Part shown: positions 49,595 to 59,020 of the stretch, in pieces
How positions within the stretch are numbered: position 1 is the stretch's first letter
How the letters are laid out: the number at the start of each line of letters is the position of its first letter
Notes under the pieces: generated by a model
What the model saw: only the letters and a program-made list of their open reading frames with translations
Told to the model about the DNA's origin: nothing
Databases searched by the model: none
Assembly (NCBI GenBank): GCA_963836205.1
Contig: CAWIIV010000015.1
Location: 224,001-288,000 of the forward strand
DNA length: 64,000 bases
From: an uncultured Acidimicrobiia bacterium
Lineage (GTDB): Bacteria; Actinomycetota; Acidimicrobiia; Acidimicrobiales; AC-14
Reading direction: 5' to 3'
Translations under genes and position numbers: made by a program

Positions 49595-49625
49595 TGGGAG
49601 TCAAGGGTAGCGAGAGGGTGCGACA

Positions 49626-49659
49626 GTTATCCCAGAGCTGTGGAAAGGCCTGGGACAAC
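49626..49659. promoter_or_regulatory. Inverted repeat upstream of the AbiEi/DUF559 gene
   Basis: GTTATCCCAG-N14-CTGGGACAAC with a central TGTGGAAA. Confidence 0.55.
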
Positions 49660-49679
49660 CGACATCAGCCCTACTTGGT

Positions 49680-50962
49680 TGTGCAGTTATGTGGGCGGAC
49701 TCAAGCGGTCGACGCAAGAACCTCGGCGAGCTTGTCACAGGGCTTCGCCTTGCCGAGGGTCTCTCGGGGCCGACCGTTGAGCAGACGTTCGATTCCGAGG
49801 AGGTCGTCGGGGCTGAATCGGCTCAGGTCGGTGCCCTTGGGCATCCACTGGCGCAGCAGGCCGTTGGTGTTCTCGTTGCTGCCCCGCTGCCAGGGCGAGT
49901 GGGGATCGCAGAAGTAGATCTGCACGCCGGTGTCGACGAGCAGCTGGCGGTGCTGGGACATCTCCTTGCCCTGGTCCCAGGTCACCGACTTCCACAGTTC
50001 TGCCGGCAGTCGTTGGATGGCGGCCGCCATCGCCGCCCGCACCGCCTCGGCGCCGTGGTTGCCGGGCAGGTGCAGCAGCATCACGTAGCGGGTCGATCGC
50101 TCCACCAGGGTCCCCACCGCGCTCCTGCCGTCCTTGCCGATGATGAGGTCGCCCTCCCAGTGGCCGGGAACCGCACGGTCCTCCGCCTCCGCCGGGCGTT
50201 GGCTGATCATCACCATCGCCGGGATCTTGCCCCGAGTCTGGAGCCGGCCCTGGGGCCGGCGGGTGGCCCGCCCGCTGCGCAGGCAGGCGGTGAGTTCCTT
50301 GCGCAGAGCCCCCCGACCCTGCACGAACAGCGACTGGTAGATCGTCTCGTAGGACACCCGCATCATCGGATCGTGCGGGAACTCGATCGGCAACTGGTCG
50401 GCGATCTGCTTGGGCGACCACAGCTCCTGCAGGCGGGCGATGACCCACGCGGCCAGCTCGGGGCGGGTCTCCAGGTGGGTGTCCTTGGGCCGCCTCGCCC
50501 GCTCGCTGGATGCCAGCTGGGCGGCCATGGCCCGATAGCCACGCCGACCGCCGTTGGCCTTGACCTCCCGGCTCACCGTCGAGGTCGTGCGCCCGATATG
50601 GCGGGCGATGGCGGTGAAGGTCTCGCCTCGAACCAGGCCACGTCCGATCTCCTCCCGGGACCGGGCGTCGAGCGGACCGGCCCGGGCGACGAAGCAGGGT
50701 TCCGCCGGCGGCGGCGGCGCCGGATCGACTCCACGGTCGCGGAGCAGGACCAGCCGGACCCCCGAAGCCGACCTGCTCAAGTCCCGGGCAATCTCCCGCA
50801 ACGAGAGGCCCTCCCGGTCCAGACGCCGTGCCCGAGCACGTTCCTGCACCGTCAGATGTCTCACCGGCGCTCCCCTCAGTCAGACCAGGGAGCCTCCCTG
50901 ATCGCCATGGTGTTGCGGTGACCCCTTGAAGCCGCCGTGGGATATACCGACATAACTGCACA
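49680..50962 (-). mobile_element. IS30 family insertion sequence
   Basis: 13-bp terminal inverted repeats TGTGCAGTTATGT / ACATAACTGCACA enclosing the transposase; no target duplication seen. Confidence 0.85.
49701..50864 (-). CDS. IS30 family transposase
   Basis: Two HTHs, WSPKQI, SYETIY, GHWEGDL, TWDQGKEM, PWQRGSNENTNGLLRQ. Confidence 0.96.
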   Translation of the reverse strand: MRHLTVQERARARRLDREGLSLREIARDLSRSASGVRLVLLRDRGVDPAPPPPAEPCFVARAGPLDARSREEIGRGLVRGETFTAIARHIGRTTSTVSREVKANGGRRGYRAMAAQLASSERARRPKDTHLETRPELAAWVIARLQELWSPKQIADQLPIEFPHDPMMRVSYETIYQSLFVQGRGALRKELTACLRSGRATRRPQGRLQTRGKIPAMVMISQRPAEAEDRAVPGHWEGDLIIGKDGRSAVGTLVERSTRYVMLLHLPGNHGAEAVRAAMAAAIQRLPAELWKSVTWDQGKEMSQHRQLLVDTGVQIYFCDPHSPWQRGSNENTNGLLRQWMPKGTDLSRFSPDDLLGIERLLNGRPRETLGKAKPCDKLAEVLASTA

Positions 50963-50985
50963 CCTACGGACGAAGGGCCCGGCGG

Positions 50986-51041
50986 GGCGGGTGGCGGGTG
51001 GCGGGTGGCGGGTGGCGGGTGGCGGGTGGCGGGTGGCGGGT
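50986..51041 (+). repeat. (GGCGGGT)8 microsatellite with degenerate G-rich extension to ~51130
   Basis: Eight perfect 7-bp copies counted directly. Confidence 0.92.
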
Positions 51042-51134
51042 GGCGGGCGGGCCCGGCGGGTGGCGGGCGGGCCCGGCGGGGCGGGTGGCGGCGGGTGGCC
51101 CGAGGCGGGCGGCGGACGGTGGGGGCGGGGGGCG

Positions 51135-51863
51135 TCAGTGGCGGTCCAGGAGGCCGACGGAGCGGAGGCGGCGTTCGAGGTGTTGCTCGAGGGCTCGGGT
51201 GGCGAGGCGGGAGACCTCGGCCGTGGCCGGTCCGAGGGGGGTGTTCAGTGCCGTGCCCAGGTCGCCGCCCAGGACGAGGCGGACGAGGGCGAGGCCCTCC
51301 CCCGACACGGGCGATCCCCCGCCCACCCGGGCGCACGAGCGGCAGAGCACACCCCCCTGCACCTGGTCGAACGCGCACAGGTCACCGACCGACCTGCAGA
51401 CCACGCACTCGTCCAGATACGGGTGGAAGCCCTCGGCGGCCAGCAGTTTCAAGAAGAAGGCGGGCACCAGCAGCGGCGCGTCGTGGGCGGCCAGCGCCCG
51501 CAGCCCGCCCAGCAGCATCTGGTAGAGCCGGAGGTTGGCGTGCCCCTCCTGGGCCACCTGGTCGCACGCCTCCAACAGCGACTGCGCCTTCGAGAGACGG
51601 TCGAAGTCCTCCCGGACGGCCCGGAACACCTCCACCGTCTCCGCCTGGGTGACGATGTCGAGGTCGCTCCGACCCTCGTACATCAGCAACGACACGTGCA
51701 CCATCGGCTCCAACCGCGACCCGAAGCGCGATTTGGTCTTGCGCACGCCCTTGGCCACCGCCCGCACCTTGCCCCGGCCGGCGGTGAGCAGGGTGACGAT
51801 GCGGTCGGCTTCGCCGAGCTTGATCGTCCGCAGCACGACCCCGTGCTCCCGGTAGAGACCCAC
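51135..51863 (-). CDS. recO: DNA repair protein RecO
   Basis: GVVLRTIKLGEADRIV, AVAKGVRKTKSRFGSRLEP, CVVC...CRSC zinc finger. Confidence 0.95.
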   Translation of the reverse strand: MGLYREHGVVLRTIKLGEADRIVTLLTAGRGKVRAVAKGVRKTKSRFGSRLEPMVHVSLLMYEGRSDLDIVTQAETVEVFRAVREDFDRLSKAQSLLEACDQVAQEGHANLRLYQMLLGGLRALAAHDAPLLVPAFFLKLLAAEGFHPYLDECVVCRSVGDLCAFDQVQGGVLCRSCARVGGGSPVSGEGLALVRLVLGGDLGTALNTPLGPATAEVSRLATRALEQHLERRLRSVGLLDRH

Positions 51864-51925
51864 GCGACCAGTATCCGCCGCCACGGGCCTCCGAAGGGCG
51901 ATGCCCGCCGGTACGATCGGCGATC

Positions 51926-52408
51926 GTGAAGGGCACCGTCCACGCCGCCGGCCGAGTGGGTCTGGGACTGCTCGCCTGGGCGGTCGCGGCCACCGGCTGC
52001 GGCGACTCCACCTCCTCCGCCGACCGGCCCGCCTCCACGTCGGCGCCGGCCTCCACCAGCACCACCACGCCCCCCACCAGCACCACCGCGACGGCCACGC
52101 CGACGACGTCACCCACCGCCGGACCCACCGCCGGGCCCACCTCGACACCCCCCGGCACCGCACCCACCACCAGCCAGCTCGGACCCCAGTGGGTCCAGGC
52201 CGACGGGCGGGTGCTCATCGAGGCGGTGGCCGCCGACGACGCCCAGCAGCTCCTGGCCGATCTGGTGGCCCTCGGCCTCACCGACGGCGTCGTGGTCGGC
52301 CGGGTGGTGAACGGGTGGCTCCCGGTCGAGGCCTTCGACCACGCCCAGCACCTGGCATCACTCAAGTTCCTCCAGCCCACAGGAGCAGGCACCGGCGCCG
52401 GCGGCTGA
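51926..52408 (+). CDS. Lipoprotein carrying a free-standing subtilase prodomain-like domain
   Basis: Lipobox AATGC, T/P/S linker, C-terminal ~65 aa aligning to the N-terminus of the downstream peptidase. Confidence 0.8.
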   Translation: MKGTVHAAGRVGLGLLAWAVAATGCGDSTSSADRPASTSAPASTSTTTPPTSTTATATPTTSPTAGPTAGPTSTPPGTAPTTSQLGPQWVQADGRVLIEAVAADDAQQLLADLVALGLTDGVVVGRVVNGWLPVEAFDHAQHLASLKFLQPTGAGTGAGG

Positions 52409-52433
52409 CCGAGAACACAGAAAGGCGGCCCCA

Positions 52434-54572
52434 ATGACCTCCGAGCGCTGGCATTCCCTCGTCCTCGGCGCGGCCCTGGCCCTCGTGACGGTGCTCACCG
52501 TCCCGGCCGCGGCCCAGACCAAGCCCACCACCCCCACCGCCCTGACGGCCAGGGAGAAGCTCATGGACGGGCTGGCGGCCCGGGCCGATGCCATCTCCCG
52601 CTCCCGCAGCGCCGTCCCGACCCCGATCACCATCGACGCCACAGCCAGCGGCGATGCCAAGGTGCTCCTAGCCGACCTCCAGACCCTCGGTCTGGTCGAC
52701 GGCACTGCCTTCGGGCGGATGGTCAGCGGCCGCCTCCCGGCCGGTGCCCTCACCGCCGCCTCCGAGCTGGCCAGCCTCAAGTTCATGCGCCCGGCGGGGG
52801 CGGGCACGGGCGTGGGGAACGTCGACAGCCAGGGCGATCCGGCCATGGGCACCGACCTCCTGCGGGCAGTCCTGGGCGTCGACGGCACCGGCATCACCGT
52901 GGGCACCATGTCCGACACCTTCAACTGCCTGGGCGGGGCGCCGACCGACGTCACCAACAACGACCTCCCGGCCGGGGTCAACAACCTCGACGAAGGCCCG
53001 TGCACGCCCGGCACCGACGAGGGCCGGGGGATGATGCAGCTCATCCACGACGTGGCCCCCGGCGCGGCCCTGTCGTTCCACACCGCCTTCCAGGGCCAGG
53101 CCGACTTCGCCCAGGGGATCACCGACCTGCGCAACGCGGGCGCCGACATCATCAACGACGACGTCTTCTACTTCGCCGAGCCCTTCTACCAGGACGGCAT
53201 CATCGCCCAGTCGGTCGACGCGTCGTTCGCCGCCGGCGTCCCTTACTTCTCCCTGGCCGGCAACTTCGACCGCCTGGCCTACGAGAGCGCCTTCCGGGAC
53301 TCGGGCAACAACGGCTGCGGCGGCCGGCTGCACGACTTCGACCCCGGCGCCGGCGTCGACACCGCCCAGCAGGTCACCATCGCCGCCGGCACGGGCGTCA
53401 CCCTGTCCTACCAGTGGGACCAGCCCTTCTTCACCGTGAGCGGCGGTGCCGGGTCGACGAACAACATGGACCTCTGCCTGGTCGACAACACCAACACCGT
53501 CGTCGCCACCGGGGCGAACAACAACGTCGGCGGCGACCCGGTGGAGGTCGTCACCTTCAACAACCCGGCGGCGGCGACGAACACCACCTTCACCATCCAG
53601 CTCTCGCGTGTGGCCGGCGGCAACCCGGGCCGGATGAAGTACATGGACTACGGCCAGATGGGCGGGTTCACGATCAACCAGTTCGCCACCAACAGCCCCA
53701 CCCTCGTCGCCCACGCCAACGCCACCAACGCGGAGGCGGTGGGGGCGGCCTTCTACGACAACACGCCCGTCTTCGGCGTCAACCCTCCGTTGGCCGAGGG
53801 CTTCTCGTCCGCCGGTGGCACGCCGATCCTGTTCGACGTCAACGGCAACGCGGTCGGCCCCATCGTCCGGAACAAGCCCCGCATCGTGGCCCCCGACGGC
53901 ACCAACACCACCTTCTTCGGCAACGACATCGCCGACCCCGGCGACGGCTCCGACACCGACGCCTTCCCCAACTTCTTCGGGACGTCGGCGGCCACACCCC
54001 ACGCGGCCGCCTTCGGCGCCCTCCTGCTCGAAAACACGCCGACCCTCACCCCGGCCCAGCTCTACGCCGCCCTCGAAGCGACGGCGATCGACATGTTCAC
54101 GCCCGGCTTCGACTTCGACACCGGGCTCGGCTTCATCCAGGCCCAGTCGATCGTGGGCGCGGCCTGCGCGGCCCCGCCGGCGCCCGGTGTCGGCGCCATC
54201 GTCGTGGCTGCGCCGGGCCTGATCACCGTGGGGACGGCGGGCAACGACGTCATCTTCGGCACCGCCGGGGACGACCGCATCCTCGGCCAGGGGGGCAGCG
54301 ACACCATCTTCGGCCAGGGCGGCGCCGACCAGCTCACCGGCGGGGAGGGCGACGACATCATCTGCGGTGGTCCGGGCGCCGACCGGCTCGACGGCGCCAA
54401 CGGGGCCGACACCCTTTCCGGCGACGCCGACAACGACGACCTGGCCGGCGTGGCCGGTGCCGACCGCCTCTTCGGGGGCCTCGGCGTCGACCGCCTGGCC
54501 GGGGGCGCCGGCACCGACCTCTGCGTCGCCGGAGGGCAGGCGGGCGACGCGGTCGCGAACTGCGAGAGCTGA
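52434..54572 (+). CDS. Secreted S8/S53-like serine peptidase with C-terminal RTX-like Ca-binding repeats
   Basis: Signal peptide, GTMSD, DEGRGM, FFGTSAATPH, multiple GGxGxDxL nonapeptides. Confidence 0.88.
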   Translation: MTSERWHSLVLGAALALVTVLTVPAAAQTKPTTPTALTAREKLMDGLAARADAISRSRSAVPTPITIDATASGDAKVLLADLQTLGLVDGTAFGRMVSGRLPAGALTAASELASLKFMRPAGAGTGVGNVDSQGDPAMGTDLLRAVLGVDGTGITVGTMSDTFNCLGGAPTDVTNNDLPAGVNNLDEGPCTPGTDEGRGMMQLIHDVAPGAALSFHTAFQGQADFAQGITDLRNAGADIINDDVFYFAEPFYQDGIIAQSVDASFAAGVPYFSLAGNFDRLAYESAFRDSGNNGCGGRLHDFDPGAGVDTAQQVTIAAGTGVTLSYQWDQPFFTVSGGAGSTNNMDLCLVDNTNTVVATGANNNVGGDPVEVVTFNNPAAATNTTFTIQLSRVAGGNPGRMKYMDYGQMGGFTINQFATNSPTLVAHANATNAEAVGAAFYDNTPVFGVNPPLAEGFSSAGGTPILFDVNGNAVGPIVRNKPRIVAPDGTNTTFFGNDIADPGDGSDTDAFPNFFGTSAATPHAAAFGALLLENTPTLTPAQLYAALEATAIDMFTPGFDFDTGLGFIQAQSIVGAACAAPPAPGVGAIVVAAPGLITVGTAGNDVIFGTAGDDRILGQGGSDTIFGQGGADQLTGGEGDDIICGGPGADRLDGANGADTLSGDADNDDLAGVAGADRLFGGLGVDRLAGGAGTDLCVAGGQAGDAVANCES

Positions 54573-54581
54573 GGCGGCCGG

Positions 54582-55322
54582 CTACTCGATGCCGCCGAAG
54601 CGGCGGTCGCGGGACTGGAACTCGCGCACGGCCTCGTAGAGATGCTCCCGACGGAAGTCGGGCCAGAGGACGTCGGTGAACACCAGCTCGCTGTACGCCA
54701 GCTCCCACAACAGGAAGTTGGAGATGCGGTACTCCCCCGACGTACGCACGACGAGGTCGGGGTCGGGCATGTCGGGCGCGTACAGGTGGTCGCGGATCCC
54801 CTTCTCGGTGAGCTTGTCGGCCGGCACCCCCGACGCCAGCAGCGACTTCACCGCGTCGACGATCTCGGCCCGGCCCCCGTAGTTGAAGGCGATGGTCAAC
54901 GTCATCGTCTGGTTCTTGGCCGTGAGGTCGAGCGCCTCGTCCATCCGCCGCACCAGGCGCCGGGGCACCCGCCAGTCGCGCCGGCCCATGAAGCGGATGC
55001 GGACGTCGCGCTCGTGCAGCTCGTCCCGCCGGCGGGTGAGGATCCCCTCGTTGAAGCGCATGAGGTAACGGACCTCGTCGACCGGGCGCTTCCAGTTCTC
55101 GGTGGAGAAGGCGTAGACCGTCAGCCATTTGACACCCAGCTCCAACGCCCCCTCGACGGTGTCGAACAGGGCCTCCTCGCCCGCCCGGTGGCCCTCGGTG
55201 CGGGGCAGCCCGCGCTTCTGCGCCCACCGGCCGTTGCCGTCCATAACCACGCCGATGTGGGCCGGGATTCGGTTCGGATCGAGGTCGTCGAGCCTGAGGG
55301 CGGCCGCGGGGTTCTCCTCCAC
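54582..55322 (-). CDS. uppS: Isoprenyl (undecaprenyl/decaprenyl) diphosphate synthase
   Basis: MDGNGRWA, YAFSTENWKRP, NYGGRAE, RTSGEYRISNFLLW, RRFGG. Confidence 0.95.
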   Translation of the reverse strand: MEENPAAALRLDDLDPNRIPAHIGVVMDGNGRWAQKRGLPRTEGHRAGEEALFDTVEGALELGVKWLTVYAFSTENWKRPVDEVRYLMRFNEGILTRRRDELHERDVRIRFMGRRDWRVPRRLVRRMDEALDLTAKNQTMTLTIAFNYGGRAEIVDAVKSLLASGVPADKLTEKGIRDHLYAPDMPDPDLVVRTSGEYRISNFLLWELAYSELVFTDVLWPDFRREHLYEAVREFQSRDRRFGGIE

Positions 55323-55344
55323 CGGCCCAGGGTACAAACCCGGC

Positions 55345-56259
55345 GTGCTCGACAAGCTCGACCGGTGGGCAGAATCCCGGAACCTGCACGTCGTACGCAC
55401 CGGGATCCGGGTCCAGAAGCGCTACGGCGAGCTCAACGGCAACTACATGGCCTCGGCTGTCACCCTGTCCAGCTTCCTCTCCATCTTCCCCCTCCTGCTG
55501 TTCGCGGTGGCCGTCCTCGGGTACTTCGCGGCCGGGTCGCCCGACCTCGCCACCAGCGTCGTCGAGCGCCTGGGCCTCACCGGCGACGCGGCCAAGGCCG
55601 TCGTCGACACCATCCACACCGCCGAGCGCAGCCGGCGGGCGGCGTCGATCCTCGGCATCGTCGGCCTGCTGTGGTCCGGCCTCGGGCTGGTGGCGGCCCT
55701 CCAGTACGCCATCAACACGTCGTGGCAGGTCACCGGCCAGGGCTGGAAGGACAAGCTCAAGGGACTGGGCTGGCTGGCCGGCGCCACCCTTCTCTTCCTG
55801 GCGTCCTTCGCCGTCGGGGCCGCCCTCAACTTCCTCCCCGCCTGGCTGTCGCCCCTCAGCATCGTCGTCGGCCTCGCCCTCAACCTCGGCCTGTGGCTGT
55901 GGACGATGAAGCAGCTGTCCAACCACGACGTCGGCTGGCAGGCGCTCCTCCCGGGGGCGGTGGTGGGTGCGCTCGGATTCGAGGCGCTCAAGCTGGTCGG
56001 CTCGATCTACGTCCCCCGCCTGGTGGCATCGTCGTCCGCCCTCTACGGGTCGCTGGGCATCGTCTTCGCCATCCTCGCCTGGCTCCTCTTCTTCGGCCGC
56101 CTGATCGTTTATTCGACGGTGGTCAACGTGGTGCGTTGGGAGGAGGACCACGGCACCGTCACCGTCGACCTCACCGTCCCCAAAGTGCCGGGAGAGGTGG
56201 CCACCGAGGCCACCCGGGCGGGCGAGATCCGCCCCGGCGCCCTCCACCGAACCGCCTGA
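55345..56259 (+). CDS. YihY/BrkB family membrane protein
   Basis: FLSIFPLLL, LLWSG, PGAVVGA, YGSLG.VFAILAWL; several TM helices. Confidence 0.88.
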   Translation: MLDKLDRWAESRNLHVVRTGIRVQKRYGELNGNYMASAVTLSSFLSIFPLLLFAVAVLGYFAAGSPDLATSVVERLGLTGDAAKAVVDTIHTAERSRRAASILGIVGLLWSGLGLVAALQYAINTSWQVTGQGWKDKLKGLGWLAGATLLFLASFAVGAALNFLPAWLSPLSIVVGLALNLGLWLWTMKQLSNHDVGWQALLPGAVVGALGFEALKLVGSIYVPRLVASSSALYGSLGIVFAILAWLLFFGRLIVYSTVVNVVRWEEDHGTVTVDLTVPKVPGEVATEATRAGEIRPGALHRTA

Positions 56260-56368
56260 CGCCGAGACGCCCACTTCACCCGGCATTGTCGGGACGCCGC
56301 AGTTAGAGTCACGGTCACGTCAACACCGAGGCCGCCTCGGTGTCGTTCCTGACGGGAAGGGCGGACTC

Positions 56369-58979
56369 GTGAGGACCCACAGGCTCCCGTTTCTCCTGGT
56401 TCTTATCCTCGCCGTCGGTGGGTGTTCCGAGGACAAGCCGGACGCGGTGCCATCAGCCGCCACCGGATCACCCTGCTCGACACTTCTCGCCCAGTCGCCA
56501 CCGGCATCCACCGAGACGGCGGCGACATCGCTGCGCAAAGCGTGTGCGCTGGCGCGAGCAGGTTTCCAGGCCGACGCCGGCAAGGAACTGGCCGCCGCCA
56601 TAGCCGACGGCACGCTCCAAGTGCCGTCGGACTTCGAGTCCCTGCTCGCCGCCGCCAACCCGCCAGGGGACCCATTCGCCAAGGCGCGCGCCCTCCGCGA
56701 CGCGGGATTCATCGACGAGGCCGCCGACGAGCTCAAGAAGGCGGTGACGTCGACCGCGGAGCCGGTTCCCGCGGAGCTCCGGGATCTCCGTCCCGAGAAC
56801 CTGAGGGTTGTGGGAATCGGCACCTGGACCGAATTCCGCCGCCGCATGACGAGCTTCGCCATCGACTTGGCCCAGCTCGTTGGCGTGATCTCGGCTGCCG
56901 TCCTGATCCTCCTCCTGCTCGGTCTGTTGGTCCGCTTCGTGTTTCGCGCCACCGTCGGTCGATCCGTCGCAGTACGGGAGGCGTTGGGCCGCCGGCCAAC
57001 CGTCGTGGTCGGCCCCCTCGGCGAGGACGACAAGATCAGCACTGGCGTGTTGGCCCGAATCCGGGAGGAGTTCCGTAACCTCGAGAGCGAGGCTGGCGGA
57101 ATCCGGCGTCGCCCTCGTCAAGGCGCCGGCCGAACCACTCAAGTTGCCCGCCCTCGCCGACGTCTCGCCCCCGTTGAAGTTCGTCGATGCTCTCTTCGCT
57201 CTCGTCCAGCGATTCGCCCCGCGTGACGACGTGACCATCAGCGTCGTCCTCCACGCCCCCGCAGTCTCTCCTGGGAACCTGGGGGCCGGTCTCACCGTCA
57301 CCCTCTCCGGCGGTGTCCGACCACTGGCCACCGCCACCTTCTGGGAACGTAAGTACCGTCCGTTGCGACCAGGAACCCCGGCCCAGGCGTCGCCACCTTC
57401 CGCCGATGACCTGCGGGTCCGCTACTACGCACTCGCGGGGCCGGCGGCCGTGTGGATCATGTACCAGCTTCGTCGACGTGGCAGCGCGCCGCCCCTCGGC
57501 ACAGACAACTGGGAGAGCTACGCGCTTTTCAAGGCCGGCACCGAGTGCTTCGAAAACAAGAACGCCTACCAGGCCCGGAAACTGCTCAGCCAGGCACTCG
57601 ATCTCGACGCCGGAAACATCGGAGCGCGGGTCAACCTGGCCCGGGTGGACTGGCGAGAGCAGGCGGACCGTACGGCGGTGATGACCAAGTGTGCGATGGC
57701 TCAGCTCGCTCAACTCGCGGAGCGGAACCATTCCAAGCTCCAGTTCCGGCGCCACCATTTCGACACTACCGACAGCTTCCGTTGGGACCCGCTCTGGTAC
57801 CGGCCGGCCTACATCCGGGCCGCGTTCCTGGGCCACGGGTACTTCCAAGCACTGAGTCGTAACCAGGAGACGTTGAAGACCACGGGTCACTTGGAGCCGG
57901 AAGCAAAGCGGCAGTGCGCCGCCCTGCTGTCCGAAGCCACCGAGGAAGCGCATCGACTGGTGTGGGCGATCGAGACCACGATCACCGAGATCGACAAAGG
58001 TCCAGGAGGTCCGAGAAGGATCCTGGCCTCGTTTCGTCGAGCGGCCCGCCGGCAGCGGATCAAGGAGGACCGAGCGTTGCGCGACCTCCTCCGCCGCCTG
58101 GAAACACAATCGGTGCTCGTCTACGCGACGCTGATCGCGGACGAGAACGATCATTCCACCAACCCTGCGCCCCGCCGACCCCACCAGGACAGTCGACTGG
58201 CCCTCCTACCGCAGCTGGAGAATCGTGATTGCCTCACGAGTCGCAAGCTGATGGACTTCCTCGGGCCCATCTGCCTTTATGACCCATCCCCCACGTACAA
58301 CCTGGCGTGCTACTTCTCGGTGCTCGGCGGCCTCGCCGCGGGCCGCCCGTCCGACCATCCGAATCCAGTCACCCCCGAAAGCCTCCTCGACGAAGCGCTG
58401 GAGCACCTCAGGTACACACCCACCCTTCGGGAGGGTGAGTACGACTGGGTGAGCACGGATCCGGCGCTGTCCGCACTGCAGTCCCACCCGCACTCCCGAC
58501 GCCGGTTCGAGGCGCTGCTGGCCGAATGGTGCCCCCAAGGAACGAGCCCCCGTCCGCCCACCCTCAACGCCCGGCTCGGGATCATCGGCCCGCACTACGC
58601 CCAGAAGCTCGCCCAGGCCGGGATCTCCGACATGGTGGCGCTGGTGAAGGCGGCTACCCACGCGCAGGACGTCGAGGCGCTGGCCGATGACCTCGGCGTC
58701 AGAGTCGACCTCCTCCGCCGATGGATGCGGATGGCCGACCTCGTCGACCGGATCGAGACGACATGGAGACGGGAGGAGGTGTCCACGGGGTATGCCGTCC
58801 TCCTCGACGCCGCCGACGTCGGCTCGGTCGACCTGTTCAAGGCTGCCGATCACCATGATCTTGTGATTCGGCTGCGGTCACTCAACAAGGACATGAAGGC
58901 GGTCGACCATCAGCCGACGGTCCGGTTGGTCAAGGACTGGCAGGCGAAGTTGGCTCGCTGCGAGGCGCGGGTCCCGTAA
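56369..58979 (+). CDS. Lipoprotein-TM-TPR-DUF4332-like multidomain protein (frameshift ~57090)
   Basis: Lipobox VGGC, TM LVGVISAAVLILLLLGLLV, TPR-like helices, YNLACYFS...DPALSAL, C-terminal IGPHYAQKLAQAGI...RWMRMADL...YAVLLDAADV. Confidence 0.65.
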
Positions 58980-59020
58980 CGCGTCGGGGCGGGGGTGGCT
59001 TAGCTTAGGCTTCCCGACCG

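Noticed and set aside
49620-49665. Replication origin (DnaA boxes)
   Set aside because: Only one degenerate box-like sequence, no AT-rich unwinding element and no dnaA/dnaN nearby.
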